DNA of 64,000 nt from an uncultured delta proteobacterium (GTDB taxonomy: Bacteria > Desulfobacterota > Binatia > JACPRU01), in assembly GCA_963745025.1 (NCBI GenBank), contig CAVUWD010000005.1:64001-128000 (forward strand), read 5' to 3'. Each line of letters opens with the position of its first letter. Positions within the stretch are counted from its first letter, which is position 1. The notes beneath the pieces were generated by a model. That model was not told the origin of the DNA. It saw only the letters and a program-made list of their open reading frames with translations, and did not search any database. Shown piece by piece: positions 48,233 through 57,799 of this stretch. Both the position numbers and the translations under genes were made by a program.

Positions 48233-50734
48233 ATGGCAGCACCAATGCGCGCTCTCCGCTCTCCGGCTCGTGCGACGTCGCCCGAGGAATGTTTCGAGAT
48301 GCAACCGACGGACCGCGTCCGGCGCCTCCGGGAGGCGTTCTTCACCTACAAGCCAACCGTCGAGCTCGAGCGCATGCGTATCGTCACCCGGATCTTCCGG
48401 GAGACCGAAGGCGAGCCGATGGTCTTCCGCCGCGCGAAAGCGTTCGCCGCGGTAATCGAGGCGATTCCGGCGCGAATCTTTCCGGACGAGCTCATCGTCG
48501 GCTTCCAGGCGAGCCGGCCGCGGGGCAACAGCGTCTACGTCGATCAGGGAGGCGGCTGGTACGAAGCCGAGCTCGCGACCCTCTCGACGAGGCAGTGGGA
48601 CCAGTTCGCGATCTCGGACGAAGAGCGGCGCGAGCTCGAAGAGGAGATCTTCCCCTACTGGAAAGGGACCGGGCGGTACGAGAAGACCGTCGACGGGCGG
48701 ATCGCCCAGATGCTCGCCGCATACCCGGAGACGAACGAGCTTCTCCACGCCGATCCGCGGGCATACCCGACGTTCGGCGCCGGGTTGATCGACGTCGACG
48801 CCATTCGCGTCATGCACATCGGCCACCTCTCGGTCGACTATCCGAAGGTGCTCCGGAAGGGGTTCGCCGGCATTCTCAAGGACGTCGAAGCGCGGATCGC
48901 CCGCTCCGACCCCGCGAATCCCGACGACCTCTCGAAGCTGCCGTTCCTCCGGGCCGTCGCCCAGGCGATGGAGGCTGCCGCGGGAATCGGCGCGCGCTTC
49001 GCGATGGCCGCCCGCGACATGCTCCGCGTGACGCCCGACCCCGCGCGGCGGCGCGACCTCGAGACGATCGCCGAGGTGTGCGAGCGCGTGCCCGCCCATC
49101 CGGCGCGCACGTTCCACGAGGCGCTGCAGGCGCTCTGGTTCACGCAGATCCTCCTCAAGTACGAAGCGAACGCGGATGCGCTCTCGCCGGGGCGCATCGA
49201 TCAGTATCTCTACCCGTATTACGAGGAAGACCTCCGCCAGGGGCGGCTCACGAAGGAGGAAGCGCAGGAGCTCGCGGACTGTCTCTTCTTGAAGTTCGCG
49301 ACCGTCGTCGATCTCTGGCCGACGAATGCCTGCCGGTTCTACGCGGGCTTCCCGGTCACCCAGCAGGTGAACGTCGGCGGGGTGACCCGGAACGGCAGCG
49401 ACGCGACGAACGACCTCTCGTACCTCTTCATCGAGGCGATGATGCACACGCGCCTCCAGCAACCGACGTTCTCGGTCCGGGTGCACGACGGGAGCCCCGA
49501 ACGGTTTCTCCTGAAGGCCGCGGAGCTGACGGCGCTCGGCACCGGGCATCCGTCGTATTTCAACGACGAGGTCGTCATTCCCTCGCTGATGGCGCGGACG
49601 ACGCTCGGCGGCCCCGCCGTTTCGCTCGAGGCCGCGCGCGACTACGCGATGATCGGCTGCGTCGAGCCGATGCTCGCGGGGATGGACGCGGGGTACAGCA
49701 ACGGCGGCATCCTGAACCTCGCCGGCGCCATGGAGCTGGCGCTGACCAACGGCGTTCATCGGGCGACGGGAAGAAAGGTCGGCGCCGACAGCGGGGATCC
49801 GCGCTCGTTCTCCTCGTTCGGGGACGTGCAGGAGGCGTTCGCGAAGCAGGTGCGATGGTTCGTGAGGCACCTGGCGATCGCCGACAACCTGTGCGAGCTC
49901 GCGCAGGCAGAGCTTTATCCGACGGTATATCTCTCGGCGCTCCTCGACGACTGCATCGAAGCCGGAATCACCCGCGAGGCGGGCGGAGCCCGGTACAACT
50001 TCGGACCCTGCCCACTCGCCGTCGGGGTGGCGGATTGTGGCGATTCGCTCGCGGCGATCCGGAAGGTCGTCTTCGAAGACCGTGCCCTCACGATGTCCGA
50101 GCTCTGCGACGCGCTCGAAAACGACTTCCGGGGTTGCGAAGACGTCCGCCGGTTGCTCCTCGCGGCACCGAAATTCGGCAACGACGACGACGCCGTAGAC
50201 GGTCTCGCCGCTTGGGTCGTCCACGTCTTCGCCGCGGAGATGGTCAAGTACCGGAACACGCGCGGGGGGCATCTCCTGCCGGGCGTGATCCCGGTCTCGG
50301 CCAACGTCCCGCTCGGAATGGTGATCGGCGCGCTGCCGAGCGGGCGAAAGTCGGGCGTGCCGCTGGCGGAGGGTTGCTCACCGTCCCCCGGGATGGACCG
50401 GAAGGGGCCGACGGGCAGCATGAAGTCCGTAAGCAAGATCGACCACGCCGAGGTCTTCGATGGCACGCAGTACAACATGCGGATCGAGCCGTCGGCATTC
50501 CGCGAGACGGCCGGGATCAAGCGGCTCGCCGACCTCGTGCGGACGTTCGTCGATCTCAAGGGATGGCACGTTCAGTTCAACGTCGTGTCGTCCGACACCT
50601 TGCGCGCCGCGCAGAAGGAGCCGGACAAGTATCGCGACATCGTCGTCAAGGTCGCCGGTTACAACGCGTTCTTCGTCGAGCTCGACGAGACGATCCAGAA
50701 CAACATCATCGCTCGGACCGAGCACCTGATCTGA
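48233..50734 (+). CDS. Glycyl radical enzyme of unassigned function (eliminase-like)
   Basis: Cys loop IGCVEP, Gly loop IVVKVAGY and HVQFNVVS. Confidence 0.95.
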   Translation: MAAPMRALRSPARATSPEECFEMQPTDRVRRLREAFFTYKPTVELERMRIVTRIFRETEGEPMVFRRAKAFAAVIEAIPARIFPDELIVGFQASRPRGNSVYVDQGGGWYEAELATLSTRQWDQFAISDEERRELEEEIFPYWKGTGRYEKTVDGRIAQMLAAYPETNELLHADPRAYPTFGAGLIDVDAIRVMHIGHLSVDYPKVLRKGFAGILKDVEARIARSDPANPDDLSKLPFLRAVAQAMEAAAGIGARFAMAARDMLRVTPDPARRRDLETIAEVCERVPAHPARTFHEALQALWFTQILLKYEANADALSPGRIDQYLYPYYEEDLRQGRLTKEEAQELADCLFLKFATVVDLWPTNACRFYAGFPVTQQVNVGGVTRNGSDATNDLSYLFIEAMMHTRLQQPTFSVRVHDGSPERFLLKAAELTALGTGHPSYFNDEVVIPSLMARTTLGGPAVSLEAARDYAMIGCVEPMLAGMDAGYSNGGILNLAGAMELALTNGVHRATGRKVGADSGDPRSFSSFGDVQEAFAKQVRWFVRHLAIADNLCELAQAELYPTVYLSALLDDCIEAGITREAGGARYNFGPCPLAVGVADCGDSLAAIRKVVFEDRALTMSELCDALENDFRGCEDVRRLLLAAPKFGNDDDAVDGLAAWVVHVFAAEMVKYRNTRGGHLLPGVIPVSANVPLGMVIGALPSGRKSGVPLAEGCSPSPGMDRKGPTGSMKSVSKIDHAEVFDGTQYNMRIEPSAFRETAGIKRLADLVRTFVDLKGWHVQFNVVSSDTLRAAQKEPDKYRDIVVKVAGYNAFFVELDETIQNNIIARTEHLI

Positions 50735-50817
50735 GGTCGCGGGCGGAGGTCAGCAGCGCGATCAAGCCCAAAACCGGGATGCTTACGAGCGAGTGTGACC
50801 TCATTGAAGCGACTTCC

Positions 50818-51237
50818 TCAACACCCGCCGAGGCGGCGACCGTTCAGATTGATCGTCATGCTGCCGTCGTCGGAGGTGAACTTGATCGCTCCGGAGTAGG
50901 TATCGGGGGTGTCCCGGGTGATCTCGCCGTGGCCGGTCATCGCCGGCTCCGAACACGTCACGGTCCAGGTGGCTGTCTTGCCCGCTATCTTGAAGTCCGA
51001 GTTCCGGCACGTTTGCCGCTCGTCCGCTCCGCCGGGGGGTTCCTTCCACTCCTTCGCGGCGCAGACCTTCATCGTTTGCGCCGGTATTTCCATCGGCATT
51101 TCCTCCATCGCCATCTTGGAGGTCACTTCCCAGAGGTCCTTCTGCTCGTTCGCCGTGGCCGGCTCGGCAGGAAGCTGATTCGGCACCGCGAGTAGCGCCG
51201 TGAACGTTGCAAGCAGAAGCAAAGAACGCGAAGCCAT
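50818..51237 (-). CDS. DUF3617-like secreted protein
   Basis: Signal peptide, LWEVTSKM, four Cys and terminal GRRLGGC. Confidence 0.7.
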   Translation of the reverse strand: MASRSLLLLATFTALLAVPNQLPAEPATANEQKDLWEVTSKMAMEEMPMEIPAQTMKVCAAKEWKEPPGGADERQTCRNSDFKIAGKTATWTVTCSEPAMTGHGEITRDTPDTYSGAIKFTSDDGSMTINLNGRRLGGC

Positions 51238-51447
51238 GAGATCCCCCCTTCATGAAACGGTTTGTTTGCCTGAAGACTACTCCTCGCTTCGAAGCGGGTG
51301 CAATCAAGCTGCAGCATCGCCGCGCCGCGCGCGCGGAGCGCGGCCGCGCCGGCGTCGATCGCTTCGTCGATCGGAAACGATTCGTGCGAAGACGCGCCCT
51401 GGGAGCTACGGAAGCTCTGATCAAGTTCTACTACGATCCGACGCCGC

Positions 51448-53190
51448 TCAAGTAGAGTCGGCGGACCCCGCCTGCCGGCGGCGAGGCGCCGACAGGCGTG
51501 CGCTCGGCGAGGTCTCCGAGATCTCCTCGAGCTCGAGCCCGCGTGTTTCCGGGACCGCGAGTAGGCTTGCCGCCGACAGGAGCGGCAGGAGCGCGCAGAG
51601 CCGGATCACGCGATCCGCGCCGCCGAGGGTCTCGCTCAGCAGGCCAACGGCGGCCATGCCGGCGACCGCGCCGAGCACGCCGGCGTTCGTGATCCAGGAC
51701 TTGGCGGTGCTCCGCAAGCGGGTCGGGAAGACCTCCGTTCCGAGCGCGTTCAGCGCCACCAGGGCGCCCGCCTCCATGAAAACGAGCAGCGCGAACGCCG
51801 GCGCCAGCCAGGGGGTAGCGTAGTAGAGCCAGGTTGCGCCTGCCGTGCCGGCGAGCGCTGCCGCTCCGACGGAGCGCCGGCCGATCCGCTCGGCGAGCAG
51901 GCCCCAGCAGAACCAACCGGCCATCCCGAGGCCGCCCCCGAAAAGAACCATGGCGCTCACCTCGGCGGGCGACCAGCCGAAGGCCTCGGTCGCGCGGTAC
52001 GACGCGAAGCCGAATCCGGGCGACGCCGCACATCCGACCGCGAACGCCATCGCCAGGAGACAGACGAATCGGGGGCTCATTTCGCCGCTCACGAGCTCGC
52101 TCACACGGGCTCGCAGGGTCTCGCCTCGCCGCCGAGCGTCGTGCCAGCGCGCAGTCTCGGGCAGCGAGCGCCTCAGGTACGCGGTCAAGAGCAGCGGGGC
52201 GATGCCGACGAAGTAGAGCCCCCGCCAGCCGAGCGGCGTCGCCTGGAAAAGCGGGAAGAAGACCGCGGCGAGGCCCGCGCCGAGCGCGCCGAAGGTGCCG
52301 AGCAGCCCCTGCCCGAGCGACCGGAAGGCGACCGGGAACTCCTCGGTGATGACCACCTGCGCGACCGAGAGCTCGGTGACGAGGAAGATTTGCGCGAGCA
52401 GCTGGAGAACCACGAAGTCGGTGATCCCGCGCGACAGGCCCGTCGCGGCGGTGGCGAGCGTATAGGCGACGATCGTGACGAGCAGCATGCCGCGGCGGCC
52501 CCGGCGATCGGCAACCCGGCCGAACACGATCGAGACCAGCGCTCCCACGCGGATCGCGGAGAGAGCGAGGCCCAGAGTGCCCTGCGAAGCGCCGAGGTCG
52601 CGGCCGATGTAGGGCAGGGCCATCGACGCGATGAAATGGTCGTAGCCCTGGAAGAGGGTCGCCGTACCGAGCAGGAAGAGCAGCGTGCGGTGGCGCGGAG
52701 TCAAGCCGAAAGCCGACGTCTCGGCGACGGCCGCCGCGGGCTGGCGCTGCGCGATCAGCAGCAAAGCCAGGACCGCCAGCGAAAGCCCGAGCTCGACGCG
52801 ATGCCAAGAGCCCCAGCGCTCGAACAGGGGGAAGATCGCCTGCAGCGAACCCGACGTCGACACTCGCTCGATTTCGCGGACGAGGGGCTCCCCGACCAGC
52901 GTGGCGAGCAGCCCCGAGACGAACAGAACGAGGATCGCGACGCCCTGCAGCAACCCGCGACGCGAGGCGTAGGCCCCGTGCCGAAGCAGCACGATCAGCG
53001 TGACGATCGACGCGCCGACGCCGAGGGGAAACGAGGACAAGCGCTCTCGAGCGGCGAGCCGCGCGAACTCCTCGGCAAATGCCGAAAGCGCCTCGGTGTC
53101 CCGTGGCGGCGCCGGAAGCGCGAACCCGTAGAATGTCATTGCCGCGCACAAGAGGCCGGCGAGGAGGATCGGCAAGCGCTCGAGGTTCAA
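51448..53190 (-). CDS. MFS transporter with an extra N-terminal 4-TM domain
   Basis: Motif A GRVADRRGRR and GLLAERIGRR. An extra ~150 aa hydrophobic N-terminal domain precedes it. Start uncertain (TTG 53190 or GTG 53247). Confidence 0.85.
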   Translation of the reverse strand: MNLERLPILLAGLLCAAMTFYGFALPAPPRDTEALSAFAEEFARLAARERLSSFPLGVGASIVTLIVLLRHGAYASRRGLLQGVAILVLFVSGLLATLVGEPLVREIERVSTSGSLQAIFPLFERWGSWHRVELGLSLAVLALLLIAQRQPAAAVAETSAFGLTPRHRTLLFLLGTATLFQGYDHFIASMALPYIGRDLGASQGTLGLALSAIRVGALVSIVFGRVADRRGRRGMLLVTIVAYTLATAATGLSRGITDFVVLQLLAQIFLVTELSVAQVVITEEFPVAFRSLGQGLLGTFGALGAGLAAVFFPLFQATPLGWRGLYFVGIAPLLLTAYLRRSLPETARWHDARRRGETLRARVSELVSGEMSPRFVCLLAMAFAVGCAASPGFGFASYRATEAFGWSPAEVSAMVLFGGGLGMAGWFCWGLLAERIGRRSVGAAALAGTAGATWLYYATPWLAPAFALLVFMEAGALVALNALGTEVFPTRLRSTAKSWITNAGVLGAVAGMAAVGLLSETLGGADRVIRLCALLPLLSAASLLAVPETRGLELEEISETSPSARLSAPRRRQAGSADST

Positions 53191-53253
53191 GGGAGCGGGA
53201 TAGGACCACCCTGACCGCGTGCCGGCACGGCCTTGCTGCCTCGTCACGGCAGA

Positions 53254-53757
53254 CTACTGCACTGGATCTTCAGCCACGGCCCCAGCCACCGCGGCACCGG
53301 CCCCGGCAGGTATTGCGCCGAACGTCGAGGCGAACCACGAACCGTCGGTAAGATCGAGGAAATCCACGTGGACGAACTTTCCCGGGAAGGGATTTCCACC
53401 CGGGAGTATCGTCTTAAACACCCCCGCGCCAGTGGCGTCCGTTTTGAACGAGCCCAGGTAGAAGTCACCACAAGTACTCTCGTGGCAGCCACCAGAGACG
53501 TCTGTGCACAGCCAGACCACATCAAAGGAGTGCCGCGCCGGCCCGCTGGTGACCTTGACCTTCACCTTCGTACCACCATTATCCAGGTCTTTGATGATCG
53601 TCTTGCCGATTTTCGGGCCCGAGCAATTAAAATCAAAATCCGGCCCCCTGAGCGGTGACCTTTGCTTCTGGGCCAATGCGTCCGTCGGCGACCCTAGCAA
53701 CCAGACCCCGGCAATCAGCAACACGAGCGCACCCGACGAAAATCCTTTGCTTCTCAT
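53254..53757 (-). CDS. Hypothetical secreted protein
   Basis: Signal peptide ending ALA, GGAG RBS, four Cys and visibly lower GC. Confidence 0.7.
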   Translation of the reverse strand: MRSKGFSSGALVLLIAGVWLLGSPTDALAQKQRSPLRGPDFDFNCSGPKIGKTIIKDLDNGGTKVKVKVTSGPARHSFDVVWLCTDVSGGCHESTCGDFYLGSFKTDATGAGVFKTILPGGNPFPGKFVHVDFLDLTDGSWFASTFGAIPAGAGAAVAGAVAEDPVQ

Positions 53758-53933
53758 CGCTGCTGTCTCCTATCGCTGAATAACGCAGTCATTTTAGTAT
53801 GATCGACCTCGGTGGTGTCTGTCAATTTCTCTCACGACGGAGGTGGCCCTGCCCCAGCGAGGGCACTGCCTGCTCACGGCGATCGGCCTTCGGCGTTCGG
53901 CCAGAAGAGTGCGTCGCCGACGGCCGTAAGCCG

Positions 53934-54560
53934 GTAGGCGATGTCCGGTTCAAACGTCGCCGCCCAGGTAGACGCGTTGTACCCTCTCGTCGTCCACGAG
54001 ATCCTTCGTCGCGCCGGCGAGCGCGACGCTACCCGTTTCGAGGACATAGGCGCGATCCGCCGCCTCGAGCGCCATGCGGGCGTTCTGCTCGACGAGCAAG
54101 AGCGTCGTGCCGCGGCTGCGGATCACGCGGATGATCTCGAAGATCGCGCGCACGAGCTTCGGGGCCAGACCGAGCGAAGGCTCGTCGAGCAGCAGCAGAG
54201 TCGGCGCCGCCATGAGCGCTCTCGCCATCGCGAGCATCTGCTGCTCGCCGCCGGACAAGGTGCCGGCGTTCTGCGCGAGCCGCTCCTTCAGGCGCGGAAA
54301 GAGCGAGAAGATTTCGCCGAGCTGGCGCTCGATCGCCTGGTGGTCCCTTCCGCAGGTACGCGCCGAGGCTCAGATTCTCGCGCACGGTCAAATTCTGGAA
54401 GATGCGCCGTCCCTCCGGGACGTGGCTGATGCCGCGGGCGACGACCTGACCGAGCTCGCGGAGGATCGCTCGCGTGGCCTCGCGCGCGTTCGCTTCGCAC
54501 CGACGATGCGCGGGCGCACAGGGTCGCGGCCACCAGGCCCGCCGTCAACTGCGCGTGGCG
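53934..54560 (-). pseudogene. Partial duplicate of livF (3' part) joined to a diverged livG fragment
   Basis: 53934-54448 is nearly identical to 56252-56765 with a few substitutions and a 1-bp insertion. 54450-54560 resembles 57372-57483. Confidence 0.9.
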
Positions 54561-54674
54561 GGTCTGGGGCACCTCAGCCAGCGTGAACATCACTCCGATG
54601 AAATTCACGAGCCGGGTGGCTCTCACGCCTCACAGGCGGGCGGAGCTTGACGGGCGCCGAGATGCCTTGCGATA

Positions 54675-54696
54675 GTAAGAATACGCCAAGTATTAC
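54675..54696. promoter_or_regulatory. Probable antitoxin operator overlapping the promoter
   Basis: Imperfect inverted repeat gtaagaatac-gccaa-gtattac upstream of the GAGGAG RBS. Confidence 0.5.
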
Positions 54697-54712
54697 CGTC
54701 GAGGAGACCGCC

Positions 54713-54949
54713 ATGCGCATTACATCGAAGGGACAGGTTACGATTCCGGTCGACATCCGCGAGCGGCTGGGGCTGCTACCCAACAGCGAGGTCGACTTCG
54801 AGGTCGAGGGCACCACCGTGCGGATCCGAAAGACTCGGGGCCGCCGCAACCGCGGACGCGGCCACAGTATCGTCGAACACCTCAGGGGCAAGGCGACCAG
54901 TGGCATGACCACGAACCAGATCATGGCGCTCACGCGCGGCGAGAGGTGA
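54713..54949 (+). CDS. vapB: AbrB/MazE-fold antitoxin (VapB-like)
   Basis: MRITSKGQVTIPVDIRERLGL. Confidence 0.9.
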   Translation: MRITSKGQVTIPVDIRERLGLLPNSEVDFEVEGTTVRIRKTRGRRNRGRGHSIVEHLRGKATSGMTTNQIMALTRGER

Positions 54950-55350
54950 TGCCGGTTCTGGTGGACAGTAACGTTCTCCTCGATGTGCTGACGGAGGATC
55001 CGCACTGGTGTGCGTGGTCGACGGAGGCACTGGCCGAGCAGGCCGAGCGAGAAGTGCTCGCGGTCAACCCGATCATCTATGCGGAGGTATCGATCGGGTT
55101 CGTGCGCATCGAGGACCTCGACGCCGCCATTCCCGCGCCGACCTTCCATCGGTTGGCGCTTCCGTGGGAAGCCGCCTTCCTTGCCGGCAAGTGCTTTCTG
55201 GCGTACCGCAAGCGCGGCGGCGCCCGCTCGTCCCCGTTGCCGGACTTCTACATCGGCGCTCACGCCAGCGTGTCGGGCATGAAGCTGCTCACACGCGACG
55301 CCGCGCGCTACCGGACCTACTTCCCCAAACTGCGACTCATTGCCCCATGA
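54946..55350 (+). CDS. vapC: PIN-domain toxin
   Basis: LVDSNVLLD, YAEV, LPDFYIGAHA and LLTRD. Confidence 0.9.
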   Translation: MMPVLVDSNVLLDVLTEDPHWCAWSTEALAEQAEREVLAVNPIIYAEVSIGFVRIEDLDAAIPAPTFHRLALPWEAAFLAGKCFLAYRKRGGARSSPLPDFYIGAHASVSGMKLLTRDAARYRTYFPKLRLIAP

Positions 55351-55581
55351 GGTACGCTCGCGTTCGCCCCCTTTGAGTACGATCAGCCCAGGTCCTTAGA
55401 CCCACCACAGGGGGATGTGGCGACAACCACGTACGTGGGTCCGTTCAAGCCTGGGACGCGACATTCACCTCGTCCGTCCTTTGCGGCTCCCCGCGGCTCG
55501 ACAAACAAAGGAGGAGACTTGAAGGCACGACGACCGCCGTCGTCACTTGACGAAGGGTCGTTCCATATCAGCTAGGAGCAT

Positions 55582-55634
55582 GTCCGACTAAAGTCGGACG
55601 CCACATGTGATGTGGAATCCGGCTTTAGCCGGAT
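55582..55634. repeat. Inverted pair of REP-like palindromes
   Basis: gtccgactaaagtcggacgccac and gtggaatccggctttagccggat. Each is a palindrome and each approximates the other's reverse complement. Confidence 0.7.
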
Positions 55635-55666
55635 TGGCCTAGAGGGGACAGCCAGAAAGGATCGCA

Positions 55667-56230
55667 ATGACGGCGAGCGTGAGGCACTTGACGAAAGAAG
55701 AACTGGCAGCGGGGCTGGACGAGATCCGGCGCTCGCCCAAGGACGACGGTGTGCTGGAGATGATTGTCCGTCGGCCTGAGATCGACACTCGGGAGGTGCT
55801 GGAACAGGGCGAGCTCGATCCCGCGGAAGGGCTTGTCGGCGACACATGGCGAATCCGATCCAGCGGGCGGACGCCGGACGGATCCCCGCATCCCGACATG
55901 CAGCTCAATATCATGAACGCCCGGGCCGTTGCCCTTGTGGCCCAGGAGAAGGATCGCTGGCCGCTCGCCGGTGATCAGCTGTTCATCAACATGGACCTGA
56001 GCGCGGACAATCTGCCGCCAGGCACGCAACTGACGCTTGGATCGGCGGTGATCGAGATCACGGCTCAGCCGCACACCGGCTGTAACAAATTCGTCGCCCG
56101 ATTTGGTCTCGATGCGATGGCGTGGGTGAATTCGCCGGTTGGCAGAGCGCTGAATCTGCGCGGCGTGAACGCCAGAGTGGTTCAAGGCGGCGTGATTCGG
56201 GTTGGTGATGTCGCCAGAAAACGCGGCTAG
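55667..56230 (+). CDS. MOSC-domain protein
   Basis: PHTGCNKF, NLRGVNARVVQGGVIRVGD and GDQLFINMDLS. Confidence 0.85.
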   Translation: MTASVRHLTKEELAAGLDEIRRSPKDDGVLEMIVRRPEIDTREVLEQGELDPAEGLVGDTWRIRSSGRTPDGSPHPDMQLNIMNARAVALVAQEKDRWPLAGDQLFINMDLSADNLPPGTQLTLGSAVIEITAQPHTGCNKFVARFGLDAMAWVNSPVGRALNLRGVNARVVQGGVIRVGDVARKRG

Positions 56231-56267
56231 CCCTCGGTTCTCTTGACCGCAGTAGGCGATGTCCGGT

Positions 56268-57020
56268 TCAAACGTCGCCGCCCAGGTAGACGCGTTGTAC
56301 CCTCTCGTCGTCCGCGAGATCCTTCGCCGCGCCGGCGAGCGCGACGCTGCCCGTCTCGAGGACGTAGGCGCGATCCGCCGCCTCGAGCGCCATGCGGGCG
56401 TTCTGCTCGACGAGCAAGAGCGTCGTGCCGCGGCTGCGGATCACGCGGATGATCTCGAAGATCGAGCGCACGAGCTTCGGGGCCAGACCGAGCGAAGGCT
56501 CGTCGAGCAGCAGCAGAGTCGGCGCCGCCATGAGCGCTCTCGCCATCGCGAGCATCTGCTGCTCGCCGCCGGACAAGGTGCCGGCGTTCTGCGCGAGCCG
56601 CTCCTTCAGGCGCGGAAAGAGCGAGAAGATTTCGCCGAGCTGGCGCTCGATCGCCTGGTGGTCCCTTCGCAGGTACGCGCCGAGGCTCAGATTCTCGCGC
56701 ACGGTCAAATTCTGGAAGATGCGCCGTCCCTCCGGGACGTGGCTGATGCCGCGGGCGACGACCTGGTGCGGCTTGAGGCTCGTGAGCTCGCAGGCGCCGT
56801 CATAGACGATGGCTCCCTCGGTGGCCGGCACGAGCCCGGAGATCGTCTTGAGGAGCGTCGTCTTGCCGGCGCCATTGGCACCGATCACGGTGACGATCTC
56901 GCCGCGAGCCACGGCCAGGTCGACCCCGTGGAGCGCCTCGATGACGCCGTAGCGGACCTTCAGACCGCGAACCTCGAGAAGCGGCGCGCCGATTCCGCCC
57001 GGAGCGTTCGCCGCTATCAC
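56268..57020 (-). CDS. livF: Branched-chain amino acid ABC transporter ATPase
   Basis: GANGAGKTT, VPEGRRIF, LSGGEQQML and LDEPSLGL. Confidence 0.92.
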   Translation of the reverse strand: MIAANAPGGIGAPLLEVRGLKVRYGVIEALHGVDLAVARGEIVTVIGANGAGKTTLLKTISGLVPATEGAIVYDGACELTSLKPHQVVARGISHVPEGRRIFQNLTVRENLSLGAYLRRDHQAIERQLGEIFSLFPRLKERLAQNAGTLSGGEQQMLAMARALMAAPTLLLLDEPSLGLAPKLVRSIFEIIRVIRSRGTTLLLVEQNARMALEAADRAYVLETGSVALAGAAKDLADDERVQRVYLGGDV

Positions 57021-57799
57021 CGCGTCGCCGCATCCTCGCCGAGATAGGCCGCAATCACTTCCGGGTTCGTCTGGACGTCCTGCGGCGAGCCTTCGGCGAT
57101 CACTTCCCCGTGATCCATGACGACGATCCGCTCCGAAATGCTCATCACCACCCGCATGTCGTGCTCGATCAGCAAGATCGTCAGCCCGCGGCGTGCACGG
57201 AGCTCCGCCACCGTCGCGGTGAGCTCGGCCTTCTCGCTCGGATTCATTCCGGCCGTCGGCTCGTCGAGCAAGAGCAGACGCGGACGCGTGGCGAGCGCGC
57301 GGGCGATCTCGAGACGTCGCTGATCGCCATACGACAGGTTGATCGCCCGCTCGTCGGCGGCGCGCTCGAGGCCGAGCTCATGGAGGATCGCCAACGCAGC
57401 CTCGCGCGCGTTCGCTTCGGAGCGACGATGCGCAGGCGTGCGCAGGGTCGCGGCCACCAGGCCCGCCGTCAGCTCCGCGTGGCAGCAGAGGAGCACGTTC
57501 TCGTAGGCAGTGAGGTTCGCGAACAGCCGGATGTTCTGGAACGTGCGCGCGATGCCGAGCCGGTTCACTTGCGCAGGCCTGCGGCCGCGGAGATTCTTTC
57601 CGTCGAAGACGATCTCGCCCGCAACCGGCTCGTAGATCCCGGTCAACATGTTGAACACCGTCGTCTTGCCGGCGCCGTTCGGCCCGATCAAGCCGACGAT
57701 GGAGCCCGAACCGATCTGCAAGGAAAGGCTCGAGACCGCCTTCAGCCCCGCGAACGCGACGGTGCAGCCGCGCGCCTCGAGCAGAATCGATGCGCTCAG
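57017..57799 (-). CDS. livG: Branched-chain amino acid ABC transporter ATPase
   Basis: GPNGAGKTT, ARTFQNIRLF, LSYGDQRRLEIA and VIAAYLG. Start inferred at CTG 57799. Confidence 0.9.
   Translation of the reverse strand: MSASILLEARGCTVAFAGLKAVSSLSLQIGSGSIVGLIGPNGAGKTTVFNMLTGIYEPVAGEIVFDGKNLRGRRPAQVNRLGIARTFQNIRLFANLTAYENVLLCCHAELTAGLVAATLRTPAHRRSEANAREAALAILHELGLERAADERAINLSYGDQRRLEIARALATRPRLLLLDEPTAGMNPSEKAELTATVAELRARRGLTILLIEHDMRVVMSISERIVVMDHGEVIAEGSPQDVQTNPEVIAAYLGEDAATR

Noticed and set aside
48233-50734. Calling the GRE pyruvate formate-lyase or choline TMA-lyase
   Set aside because: It lacks the PFL Cys-Cys pair and the CutC-type sequence after GCVEP.
47045-51195. Very long alternative-frame and antisense ORFs (47152..51195 +, 47045..50272 -; likewise 33059..36046 + and 8649..11414 +)
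   Set aside because: Arg/Ala/Pro-rich shadow ORFs expected at high GC, overlapping well-supported genes and lacking motifs.
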